DNA of 64,000 nucleotides from Massalongia carnosa (taxonomy: Eukaryota), in assembly GCA_965645245.1 (NCBI GenBank), contig OZ287073.1, positions 2,418,001 through 2,482,000 of the forward strand. Reading direction: 5' to 3'. Below the pieces are notes generated by a model. That model saw nothing but the letters and a program-made list of their open reading frames with translations, ran no database searches and was not told where the DNA came from. Numbering within the stretch: the first letter of the stretch is position 1; each line of letters opens with the position of its first letter. The translations under genes were made by a program, and so were the position numbers. Positions 1 through 11,695 of the stretch are shown here, piece after piece.

Positions 1-386
1 CTTGGGACATACCCTATGACCCTTCCACTGGATTGGAGGAATAGGGTCCAGTTCAGATTGTCATAGTAGATGTCATGACGATTGAGTAGTGCCAGGCTGA
101 TAAGGTTCACTGGACACTGTGGAATGAGCAGTACGTTGTGTAAGATGAACACTGACGAGGGTGAGTCGTCCTGTAGTGCCAACGTTCTCTCGATAACTCC
201 CCTCCCTGGAGACATTCCTTCCGAAGTAGAGCCCGCCAGACCTGTTGGACGTACTACGTAATCAATAAAAGATAATCTGTGATTACATACGTGCATGTCT
301 GCGGCGCTGTCAAGGAGCCAGGTGTCTCGGTCTGAGTTTGTCATGGCCATGACCTTCTGTAGTACTGTGGTCGTGACCAGTGTGAG
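1..386 (-). CDS. pol: Copia-1 pol N-terminus (aspartic protease), partial; open to the window edge and in frame with gag
   Basis: Manual translation LTLVTTTVLQKVMAMTNSDRDTWLLDSAADMHVCNHRLSF...LHNVLLIPQCPVNLISL, no stop down to position 1. Confidence 0.85.
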
Positions 387-1329
387 TCAACTGTTCAGTG
401 TAGGGGGTTCTGTGGCCGAGGATTCTGAAACAGCCGTTGTTTCTGGCTTGGAGGACTTGGCACTTTTGGCCCTCCCTGAATCAGCTACGTCTCTCGCTCT
501 CTTCAGATGAGGAAACTTCTGAAAGCACTCATTTGGCCAGTGGCGAGTCCTATTCCTTGCTACACACTCTGGAACAGTACAACTTCCTATAGGTGCTCTG
601 CCTCTGTTGGATGAATTGCTAGTGCTAGTGTGAAAGGCCTTGACGTCTGTGTTATTGCCTGCATATGCAATGAGGGTCTTTGTGGTTTCTGAGAGACTTG
701 TGGTGTCATGTGTCCAGTCCCTGCGGAGTTGTGCAATGAGTGGATCATACTTGTCTGTAGTGTTACCAAGTAGCATGCCCTGTAGCACAAACTCTATGGA
801 GGCTATGTTCACCTTGGCTCCGTCGACCAACATGCCCTTGATCTGATTGAAAGCACCGTCATACTCTGCACAGTATTGACCTACGGTTTCAAAATCTCTC
901 ATCCTTTTTGCACTGACCCTCAAGATGACATCCGTGATGCTCATTGGTGCTATGTCCTGGAATCTAGTCTTCAGGGTTGCCCACATCTCGGCAGCAATTT
1001 TGTTGTTGATGAGGTTGAAATGGCATGGCGCAATCAGTCCGTGTATGATTCCAATAGCCTTGGTCATCGCAGTCTTCTGTCTGTTCATGTCATCCCGAAG
1101 TTCTTTGACAAGGATGCTGGTAGTAAGACTGGCTTGAGTGAAGCATTAGTCGATGAGGCTCTGTCGGATGGAATCAAGTGTAATATCTGGTTGGGTCTCC
1201 AATATGGCTGTATCGCAGTTGTTCTTCAGCAGAACTCCTCTGGTGTAGCTAGCCCCATGCCGAATAGTGCTCTACCTTCTCTAGAAGATAGGACTTCTCT
1301 GTGGAACTGATGCTATCTAGGAGAGACAT
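387..1329 (-). pseudogene. gag: Copia-1 gag, with at least one in-frame stop near 1147
   Basis: ORF 387-1088 has AAEMWATLKTRF (Copia gag-like) and a CTVPEC...HWPNEC knuckle; the frame continues upstream through a TAA toward a candidate ATG at 1329. Confidence 0.75.
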
Positions 1330-1734
1330 GATGAAAAGAGGTGTCTAAGTAAACTTCTGTGATTTTTTGATAATATCTAGGTTTCTGAGGTAAACACGGA
1401 AGTAGGATGTACACTGGAATGAATGGAGAAGATGGGGATACGTGGTCATTATATAGACAAACGATCCCTCTCTGCGACATCAAACTGTGTTGTTCCTTAT
1501 TTGCCACAACGCTTTTACCCTCATGAAAGACTTTCACTCAGTGGTGGAATTTTCACTTGGTGGTGTGAAGATAGGGGCGTTCTGAACCATGGCTATACCG
1601 ATCTATTTAACAGGCCGGGCCTTTTAAATGGAATAAGGTTTTTTCGAGGTCTGTAACTACCAATACCGAGACTTTTGAGGCGTTCTGCTTATTGAAAGTC
1701 TGATTACTTCTTGGAACTGAAATTTCCGAGGCCT

Positions 1735-2400
1735 GTCTCTAGGTCAAGATAGGTGATACAGCAGAAATCAGACCTTAAAAGATAGTTCAGATGGTCTGCC
1801 TCTGGGTCAAAGTTAGTTGAGTGGTGATGCAACAAAAGTCAGCCTGAGATCTGCCTCTGGGTCAATGTCAGTCAAATGACGATGCAGCAAGAATCAGAGT
1901 TTTGAAGTGATCTGTTCTTGGGTCAAGTAAGTTGAGTGGTGATGCAACAAAAGTCAGACTGAGATCTGCCTCTGGGTCAACGTCAGTCAAATGATGATGC
2001 AGCGAGAATCAGAGTTTTGATGTGATCTGTTCTTGGGTCAAAGTAAGTTGAGTGGTGATGCAACAAAAGTCAGACTGAGATCTGCCTCTGGGTCAAAGTC
2101 AGTCAAATGATGATGCAGCAAGAACCAGACTTTAGAAGTGATCTGTTCTTGGGTCAAAGTAAGGTGATTGATGATGCAGCAAAGGTCAGACTGAAATCTG
2201 CTTCTGGGTCAAAGTAAGGTGGATGGTGATGCAGCAAAAGTCAGACTGAAATCTGCTTCTGGGTCAAAGTAAGGTGGATAGTGATGCAGCAAAAGTCAGA
2301 CTGAAATCTGCTTCTGGGTCAACGTTATCATCTGGATGGTGATGCAGCGAAGGTCAGACTGAAATCTGCCTCTGGGTCAACTTCATCATCTGGATTATCT
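1735..2400. repeat. Tandem array of ~55-64-bp units with higher-order (~118-bp dimer) structure in the Copia-1 leader
   Basis: Recurring TCTGGGTCAA..GATGCAGCAAAAGTCAGACTGAAATCTG; CAGACTG at 2187, 2242, 2297 (55-bp period); alternating A/B units at ~1800-2155. Confidence 0.9.
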
Positions 2401-2491
2401 TAGAACCTTCGGGCAAGAAGCCTGTCGAGTGTTCAAGGTCTTTGAAGAGTGCCTCTGATGCATGTAATCTGGCAATAGGTCTTTTGAGTAT

Positions 2492-2619
2492 TTTGCCTAT
2501 GGGGCACGTAGGCCAGCAGGACTTTGTAGTTTGCCTATGGGGCACGTAGGCTAGCAGGACTTTGTAGTTTGCCTATGGGCACGTAGGCCAGCAGGACTTT
2601 GTAGTTTGCCTATGGGCAC
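2492..2619. repeat. ~38-bp tandem repeat, about 3.4 copies
   Basis: TTTGCCTATGGG(G)CACGTAGGCCAGCAGGACTTTGTAG repeated. Confidence 0.95.
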
Positions 2620-2784
2620 TGTGGGCAATCGTCTCTGTCTCTCGTGCACATGAAGATTTAGTATGTCTCGTTCATAGAACTTTTGACGAGAGAGATCGAT
2701 GCTTAGCTGTTTTAGCATTGAATGCAGCGGATAGGTCTGCTTCGATTCCTGTATGATCGATAGCGTCCTTCCGGACTCATAACC

Positions 2785-3042
2785 TGTTGAAATAGGTATA
2801 TGACTATGACTATATGGCTATGTAATAAATGACAATGTGTATGACCCTGATGTATAAGATGAAGAGTTGCTATGAAGCAGTCTTCTCCTTTTAAGTGGTC
2901 ACCCTCTACTAAGCGAAGTGATAATAGTTTATCCGAGCCTAGGTTGCTTAAGACACCGCTAAAGGTCTTAAGTAACCGATACGGTTAGACTGGAACTGAT
3001 CTAATCTAATCTGTTGTGCTGGTAGAAGTTGAACATTCAACA
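2785..3042 (-). repeat. Copia-1 5' LTR (258 bp)
   Basis: TGTTGAA...TTCAACA termini; adjacent Ty5-like PBS at 2773-2784; related solo LTR at 20594-20867. Confidence 0.9.
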
Positions 3043-3426
3043 GACTTCATTTAAATTAATCAAAAATAATAATTTCAAAATTATCTAATCTCGTTATTTA
3101 GTGAGTTATATTACAGTTAAACTGATAATTTGGTATCAATTTTTATATAATTAACAGAAATTATAAGATTAATGTTAAATTAAATGTATCAAAGATTGTC
3201 CGGTAATTAATTTAGGTTTGCGAACGGTATTTCAAGTGACGAAAGATTTTTGGAAATAACTGTCGAATGAATCTGTTCTTCTCATCGTATGACTTTTGCA
3301 TGAAGCTCTAATCGTCTGGTCGGCAACGGGACTCGCGGAAGAGATTCTCCTTTCTCCGCTTTGTTTCCGAGCTAACATTGTTCTTGAAGCCGACACCTCT
3401 AATTCGAATGAATATCATCTTGAATC

Positions 3427-4984
3427 ATGTCAGCTCCGGTTCAAACTCTCGGACATGTATATGTAAGAGAACCTGCGTCTTTATTTCCAAGTCCAATCCC
3501 TAGGCAATACGAATTTCTCCAGGCACCCGTTCACCATCGCAAATATCGAATCAACTTTCGTCATCCTGCTTACGCCCCCGATGATAACATCCTGTTCACG
3601 TTATATGCTTGGGATCATGACGAAGGTGGAATACACCATGGCTTAGCACACGGCGCCTGTTCTATATTCGCAGGCAATTGTACCAATGGTTACTTGAGCA
3701 GAACCTGCGACGGCGAGCATGGCGAGCGCATCTTGGCTGCCTGGGACGAAGTTTTGCCTGCTGCGATCGCAGACTATTACTTTTATATTCCTTATCCCTT
3801 AGGTACGTATTGCGCATTGAAACGTTTAATCATGAGAGGTGAGAAGCAACTGAAACACAACAACTGACATCATAAAACTCCTCGTGCCAGACTCGTCGGT
3901 GCCTTTCAACAATGAATCTCGATCGCCTTATCGATGGCCGGTCGTGCCCACCTTTCAAGACTGGACTTTTCCGAGAGATCTGCCAGAGACCTGGACGCGG
4001 TGCAGGCGTATTCAAGACGCAGGTTTGAATACTATCTCACAGTCCAATTTGACGGCAGCGATACGCCAACGCGATGTCACATGTCGTATTACGGCATTTG
4101 AGAGTGGTACGGAAGTTGCACACTTGATCCCAGAACACGAAAGACAATGGTTTCTGTCAAATTCCATGAGCGAATGGAATTCTTTCTTGACGCTGGATCC
4201 AGGCAACCTTCTAAGAGATCCCGGTAATGTGCTCTTGTTGAGATCCGATATGCATAAGTCTTTCGATCAGCGCAGATTTGTCTTCTTCCCTAAAGACTCC
4301 GACGGCTTTGTGCTACACATGCTAGAATCAAGTTCGGATATTGGACAACTATATCATAATACTCGTCTCAGCATTACCCAATGCAGTTTGGAGTTCCTGT
4401 TTACGAGGTTCGCCTGGTCTATATTTCCTTTCCTGTTAGGCTTCCTCAGTAGATCAAGGAGCCGACTAGTTTCTCGGTTGAAAGCGGACACAGGCGAACG
4501 AGTTGTTGAGGAGATCACGAACGCGGTCGTGCTTGGGAGACAAGCAGCGGCTTCCCGCAGCAACAGTCCTACCAAACGATCCAGGGTGGCCGCAGATTTG
4601 ATCAATGAAGATGCCGAGTACGTCTCGGAACGTCAACGAATTCGCGGAGAAACGAGTGCTAAATCCTCATTTGATTATACATTGCCAACTCTGGAAGACG
4701 ATGACAAAGTCGAACAATTAGAACGATATCCCTATGATCACAAAAGAAAATGCGCTCTATCTACGTGGCATCCTGAAACCGAGAAGATTAATGATATAGA
4801 CGAAGAAAGTAGCTACATTGAAGAGCTTCGGCAAGACGCACTTGCACAGCAAAGACCAGCAGGGTATAATCCACGGCCACCACCATATGACAAGCATAGA
4901 CCTGCGAGAGAAGAGCTGGAATTGATGGGCGTGGAGATACTCTCTGACCTAGACGATGATAATTTCCTCGACCACGTCATGTGA
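3427..4984 (+). CDS. Fungal HNH endonuclease-domain protein (~489 aa; exons 3427-3802 and 3891-4984)
   Basis: Intron GTACGT (3803)...CTGAC...CAG (3890) joins the two ORFs in phase; HNH_2-like motif RDVTCRIT...VAHLIP...WF...NVLLLRSDMHKSFD. Confidence 0.85.
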
Positions 4985-5225
4985 AGCTCATTTTCTCGCA
5001 ATTGAAAAAACCAAGTTGGCTTTTCTGCAGCTAGTACGACAGAGGCTGCGAAAAATTCATCAGCAATTGGGCGGCCGAGGAGGAGAGTGTACATAGTTGT
5101 CAGGGCGATTTGGTAGGCAGTCATGCGGCGTAATGACTCATATTGCTTTTGGGAAGGCACTCGTGAGTTGTCGGAGGCGAGAAAGAGAGAAGACAATAAT
5201 TCAATAAAGGCTTTATCGAAGTATC

Positions 5226-5431
5226 TGTCAGGGTCCTGGCCTGACCCGACATGCTCTGGTGGTCACGGGACAGCGTGACTCCCCTAAGCAGTAGCGCGCG
5301 TCGCTTGACTGGCTAGCGCACCACGGTAGATTATGTTTAGGAGTTCAGCGATGATTATTCTTTTCTTTCCTTCCTTGTAGTTAAATTCTAGTTAATATCT
5401 ACTGAATAATATCAGGGCAAGCTGCCTGACA
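5226..5431 (+). repeat. Gypsy-1 5' LTR (206 bp)
   Basis: TGTCA...TGACA termini; matches the split 3' LTR. Confidence 0.95.
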
Positions 5432-5626
5432 TAATTTAACTACCTTTAATGCTTATTAGAACTCTTCCAGTCTTCTAGAACTTTCAGTACATTTAGAAAG
5501 GGACAACGACCTGCTCCTTTAGCTTCCAGAACGACCACTCGTGAGAATCCGAGCTGGTCCTCACTCCAGAACCTTTGAAACTTCCAGAATCGAAAGACAG
5601 AGCTCTTTCACCTCCAGAACACAGTC

Positions 5627-7230
5627 ATGAGTTCGAAAACTCCCCTGACTGCTCGAAAGGCCGGCGCTCCTCGCGAAGACACTCAAGCAGGCCCTGCCTT
5701 TAACACTCGCGCCCGTTCCATGTCCCGTCATTCGGCTCGCTCTGATAGTATGCCAGGGACGTTCGAAGACTCCGAGCTTACACCCGGTGAGCAGATGGGA
5801 GACGAGACAGAATGCACACTAGAAAAGACCCCGAAGGCTGGGTCAGGAAATGAGAAGGAAGGGGCTCGCGAGATTGACATCTCGGAACATCCATACTATG
5901 AACGAGAAACTCGGAAACATCCCGCACGACACAAATTCGCAACCTAGAAGACTTCCGAAATGCCGTCCTAGACAAGAACGAAGGTCCTCGTTGGTATGAG
6001 TTTTTGTCCAGAGCAATTCCCTATGACAAAACACTGTACGAAAAAAGCTTCGCGCTTCATGAGAAGCTTATCAAGACCAAGAAGCATTTAGAACAATATA
6101 AGCAGATTAATGACCGTTTCGCTGACGAAAAGGATGAAGACGAACGCCAAATCCTTCTTGCTCAGGAAGAGCTTTCGCATAAAGAAATTGAGTTGGAAGA
6201 AGCCCTCCGGGCCCAACAGGACTTACAGAAAGAGAAGGAGAAACTTGAGCGACGACTAGCAGCTCCCGACCCCTCTCGTGGCCAACGGGAGGACACTGCT
6301 ACAACCCAGAGCACCATTATAAATCCCCAGAACTAGCGTCCACGTGGCATTCATCCCAGCAAGCCTCTGAAAGGCGGAGACGCTGAGGAATATAGTCCTT
6401 GGTAATACTCAGTCCGAAACAAGCTTAAGACCGATTCTCCGCTTTACGCCAACGAGGGCGAAAAGGTCAGTTATGCTCTATCGCAGATGGAAGCGCCTAT
6501 CTTTGGGGCTATGCACTTCTGGGTCGTCGACATGGGCGACTCTCTCACCATTGACGCTCTGTTCGACGAGATCGAACATTATATGGGCATACATCTCCAG
6601 AGTCGAGATGCCAAGAAAGAACTCATCACCATCACAATGAAAATTGGTGAAAGTGTAAGCGAGTACTATCATCGAATTTTTAAGCTTTGGCAAAAGGCCA
6701 AAACCCCCATCGACGAGAGGATAGAGAAGTTTCTTGTAACATTGAAGCCAAACATCTCTAATTCACTGATGGGTTCAGTTTTCACCGCATTTCGTCTCTT
6801 GCTCGACGAAGCTAGGAGAATCGAAGATCGACGCAAGGATGTCGCTCACTACTTTCCTCGGCCAGAGAAGTCTGGTCCGTCAAAGAACTCTGGTCGCGAA
6901 GGCAAGTCCTCGAGTGGACAAACCTCCATTTCCGATTCTCGTCAATCGAGTGCAAAAGAGAAGAAGTCGGGTGATCATCCAAACTCCAAGTTCAGCGCCA
7001 CGATAGTCAAACCCGCTGGTTGGATAGGGGTTTGGTACGATCCTGACCCCAACCCGAAAAATTTGGAGAAGGAAGAGCGAGATACATTGTCGCGTCAGGG
7101 ACGCTGTTGGGCATGTCGGGGGTCAGGTCATCGAGGAAACGACTCGATCTGCCCTCAATGTAAAGAAAAAAAGCTTAACACTACAAGAATTGTTGAGATA
7201 GACTCTGACTCCGAGTCGGGAAAAGCTTAG
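5627..7230 (+). pseudogene. gag: Gypsy-1 gag, broken by stops and a frameshift
   Basis: ORF pieces 5627-5947, 6004-6336 and 6487-7230; CWACRGSGHRGNDSIC knuckle; GGGAAAA at the gag end. Confidence 0.85.
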
Positions 7231-7298
7231 TCCTTGATCAAAATCGCGATCAAGGACGTCTTAAGAAAGATATCATTTGTGAAATTGGTAGCGCTGAA

Positions 7299-10200
7299 AT
7301 GAAGACAGTAAGGGTCTCTAGTTGTGCTGTTCTCGATACTGAAAAGAAGATCGAGGGCAAGCATCTAGTATTTAAAACTAGCATAGCTGGAATTAAGACT
7401 CGTCTACTTGTTGATAATGGAAGTGAGGCTGAGCTCATTGATGAATCCTTCGCGCGTGTAAATAAACTGAACACCTCTAAATTAGAAACGGGGGTTAAAC
7501 TGACCCTTGGAAACGGAGAGGTTGCCCAACTTCTCACGAGGACCGCCCTAGTCGACGTCAAAATCGGGAAGATCAAGAACAAGTCCTTTGCTATGTAGCA
7601 AAACTGGACGTGTACGCGATTATTCTAGGAGATGGGTGGCTACAAACTCACAACCCCAGCATTGACTGGAAAGAGCGAATTATGAAGTTTAACTCTGCCG
7701 ATTGCTTGGAAATGGGATGCCTTTCGCGTGGAATAACCTGCACCGAATTTGCTGTTGGAAGTAGGGCAAAGAATAGGATCGGAACAAAAGACGATATCGA
7801 AGTCCTTCCGGTCAATGCGAAACATTTCTTTCGGATGGTTAGGAAGAAAGATCACGAGGGATACTTATGGACTCCCCGAGAACATAAGACCTTCTGTGCC
7901 ACAACCACTGGGGCCGTCACCTCAAAGGATCACGACAAGTTTATGAAAGGCAAACCCGAGTACTCCCGCGAAGAATTGTTGAAGAAAATCCCCTCAGAGT
8001 ATCATAGCATGATAGAAGTCTTTATGAAGCATAAAGCAGACGAACTACCGGAACATCGTAAGGAGGATCACGAGATTAACCTCATGGACGGAAAAGAACC
8101 CCCTTATGTCAGGAACTATAAGCCTATGTCAGAACAGGAGTTGGAAGCTGTCAAGAAGTATATTGACGAACATATGGGTAAGGGATTCATTCGTCCTAGT
8201 TCGTCGGCAGCAGCTGCTCCAGTCCTTCTAGTTCGAAAACCTGGTGGTGGACTGAGATTTTGTGTGGACTATCGAGCCTTGAATGCCATCACAGTAAAGA
8301 ATCGATATCCTATTCCCCTAATTAACGAGACGCTCGGAAAACTCTCGCAGGCAAAACGCTTCACGAAACTAGACGTTATTACGGCATTCAATCGTCTTCG
8401 AGTAAAAGAAGGACATGAATGGCTTACCGCTTTTAACACAAGATATGGCCAGTTCGAATATCTGGTCATGCCTTTCGGTTTATGCAATGCTCCAGGGACT
8501 TTTCAGAGTTATATAAATAATTCTGTTCGGGAATATTTAGACGTCTTTTGTACTGCTTATCTGGATGACGTCTTGATCTACAGTGATAATGAGGAAGAAC
8601 ATTCAGATCACGTCTTGAAGGTTCTTAAACGCTTGGGGGAACGAGGACTCCAAGTTGACATTGACAAATGTGAATTCTCGGTGACTAAAGTAAAATACCT
8701 CGGACTTATAGTCACCACTGAAGGAATACATATGGATTCCGAGAAGATTGAAGCGATTTTGAAATGGGAAACTCCGGAGTCCGTGAAGGACGTGCAAGCT
8801 TTTCTAGGCTTTGCAGTTTTCTATCGACGATTCATATCAAAGTTTTCTCAGCGTACAAGGTCTCTGACGGAATCAACAAAAGGGGAACAAATAACGACCA
8901 AGTCGGGCAAGAAGAGAACCCGATATAACGTGTTCATCTGGACCGAAGATTGTAAAAAAACTTTCGAAGATTTGAAAGAGGCCTTCACTACTGCACCAGT
9001 GTTAGCGCACTACGATCCTTCTCTAGAGACATGGATAGAAACAGACTCTTCGGATTTCGTCACTGCCGGAGTCTTATCTCAGATGCATGACGGAGTGCTC
9101 AGACCTGTAGCATATTTCTCCAAGAAGATGACACCGGCCGAATGTAATTACATGCTATATGATAAGGAACTCCTCGCTATCATAAAGAGCTTCGAGGTCT
9201 GGCGGCCCGAGGCAGCAAGTGCTGCGCCTGACCAGCCAATCAAAGTTTATACTGATCATAAAAACCTGGAACACTTTATGACGACAAAGCAACTGAACCG
9301 CAGACAGGCCCGATGGGCTGAATTCCTTTTGGAGTTCAATTTCAAAATCATGTATCGACCGGGCAGACAAGGCGAAAAGCCGGACACACTTACTCGACGT
9401 TCTCAAGATCTTCCAAAAGGGTTTGACGACTCTCGACAACAACAACATCAATTCTAGACATTGCTACAGGAGCATCAACTGGACGATGTCGTAAAGAAGG
9501 CTTTATCAGTGATCTTCTGTGCAAATACAAGAACAAATGACACTGACGAAGAAGCTGAGGAACCTCAGGACATCGAGGACGATGAAGAGGCTCAGAGTCA
9601 GATTTTAAATGAAAATCCGGTGAAAGAACTAGGCGACGATTCGAAAGAAGATCCATCAGCGAAACCTCTAGAAGAACTAATTGAAGAAGCTTATGAAAAA
9701 GATGAAGTAGTTCAAGACATAATCGCTGCCAAAACACGAGAACTTCGCAAGCTTCCATCGCATCTTATAAAGAAAGGGATCAAATTAGCCATGGGAGATC
9801 TCAAAGTGAAAGATGAAAGACTATATGTCAAAGAAAGGCTGTATGTCCCAGATCATGAACCCCTTCAATTATACCTGTTGCAGAAACATCACGAACCTCC
9901 TCTGCAAGGACACCCGGGATATAAAAGCCTGTATCAGTCACTGATGGAAAACTACTTCTGGTTCGACATGAAGGATCACTGCAAAAGATACGCAGTGAAC
10001 TGCTCCATTTGTCGAAGGTCAAAATCATACAATGTCAAGAAACAGGGCTTACTGAATCCTCTACCCATACCGAACAGAAAATGGACAGATGTCTCTTTAG
10101 ATTTTGTGGAGTTTTTGCCGGAATGTCGGCGAAGGAATAAAGTGTATCAACACATATTAGTGATAGTAGACCGTCTAACCAAAAGACGATTATACGAACC

Positions 10201-11220
10201 GCTTACGTCACTCTCCACCGACGAATTAATGGACGCCATGTCTCGACGACTCTTCTCCTCGTATGGCTTTCCATTGTCAACGGTAAACGATCGAGGCAGT
10301 CAGCTGACTGCTCATCTGTGGAAAAGACTTTGTGAAAGATACGGAGTAAAGATAAAGTTCTCTTCAGCGCATCATCCAGAAACGGATGGTCAAACTGAGA
10401 ATGCAAATAAAGTAATGAAGAACTACCTTCGATCATACATCAATTATGCTCAGGACAACTGGGTCGACTATCTTTCAGATGCCGAGTTCGCCGTCAACAA
10501 TCATGTTAACGTTTCGACAGGAATGACACCATTCTTCGCAGATCACGGCTTTCTTTCATCCTCGTTCGGGAATAGAGCCTCCAGGAACATATGAAGAAAA
10601 GGGAAAGGCCGAGATACTTCATGCTGACAAAATAGTCGCTCGCCAGGAAGCAATGCGAGAATGGTTAAGAAATCAGCTAACATGGGCCCAGGAAGAACAA
10701 ACACGACATGCTAACAAAGATCGTCAACCGCACCCAGAATACAAAGTGGGCGATTTAGTGTACGTTAATGCTAAACATTTCGCATCAGAGCGTCCAAGTC
10801 GTTCCCTCGGGTTTAAAAACTTTGGTCCCTGGAAAATCGTTAGGATAATCGATAACAAGGCATATGAGCTTGACATACCACAGAATTTAAAGAATGTGGG
10901 ACTAACCCCAATATTTCATCCATGGAAGTTGCATCTCGCTCCGTCCAATCCATTCCCAGGGCAAGTACTGCCTCCCGGCCCACCTGTCTTGATTACCGAA
11001 AACGATGAGGAGGCAACACATGAAGAGTGGGAAATCTTAGAGATAGTGGACTGTCGAGAGACAAGGAAATTTGGGGTACAGTATAAGGCCACATATATTG
11101 GAAATTGGGACGAATAGAACGCCAACCCACCTTAGCAACCATGGACCGACTTCAGAAAGTCTATCGAAAAGGTTCTGCAATATCATAGAGAACATCCTCG
11201 AAAACCGAAGGCGCCAGAGG
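7299..11220 (+). pseudogene. pol: Gypsy-1 pol (PR-RT-RNase H-IN-chromodomain), with stops and frameshifts
   Basis: ORFs 7299-7598, 7610-9457, 9461-10594 and 10653-11117; [39 protein letters not shown]. Confidence 0.95.
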
Positions 11221-11695
11221 ACCTCACAGGGATGGATCAGACGATCGATAACGTCAGACCATCTACGGAAACCGTAGATGGACCCGATGAGGCTTAGCTC
11301 CGAATAAGGGATTATTCGTTTCTTTACTCAAGAACTGGATGAACGGAGCGGATTATTCACGACTCCGAGACGTCGTCCATAGAAGGGGGGTCACAGGACA
11401 GCGTGACTCGCCTAAGCAGTAGCGCGCGTCGCTTGACTGGCTAGCGCACCACGGTAGATTATGTTTAGGAGTTCAGCGATGATTATTCTTTTCTTTCCTT
11501 CCTTGTAGTTAAATTCTTATTGAGCTTGATTTATTGATCTAAGCTCTTGGTGATTGAAGAATGATTTACGTTTTAGATAGACACTTGTAATTGACGTGAT
11601 GATTGCTTGCATTGAAAGGATTTTGCACCCATTCTCTCAGTTACTAGAATGTTGGGATTCGGTTAATAGATTACCGTATCCGAGCTACATATCGC

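Larger units (their letters stand above)
1..3042 (-). mobile_element. Ty1/Copia LTR retrotransposon (Copia-1), 5' part; runs off the left edge
   Basis: 5' LTR 2785-3042, PBS GGTTATGAGTCC immediately inside it on the minus strand, gag-like ORF 387-1088, protease motif WLLDSAADMHVC. Confidence 0.9.

Noticed and set aside
1735..2619. CRISPR-like array
   Set aside because: Units are contiguous tandem repeats without unique spacers, there are no cas genes, and the context is a eukaryotic retroelement
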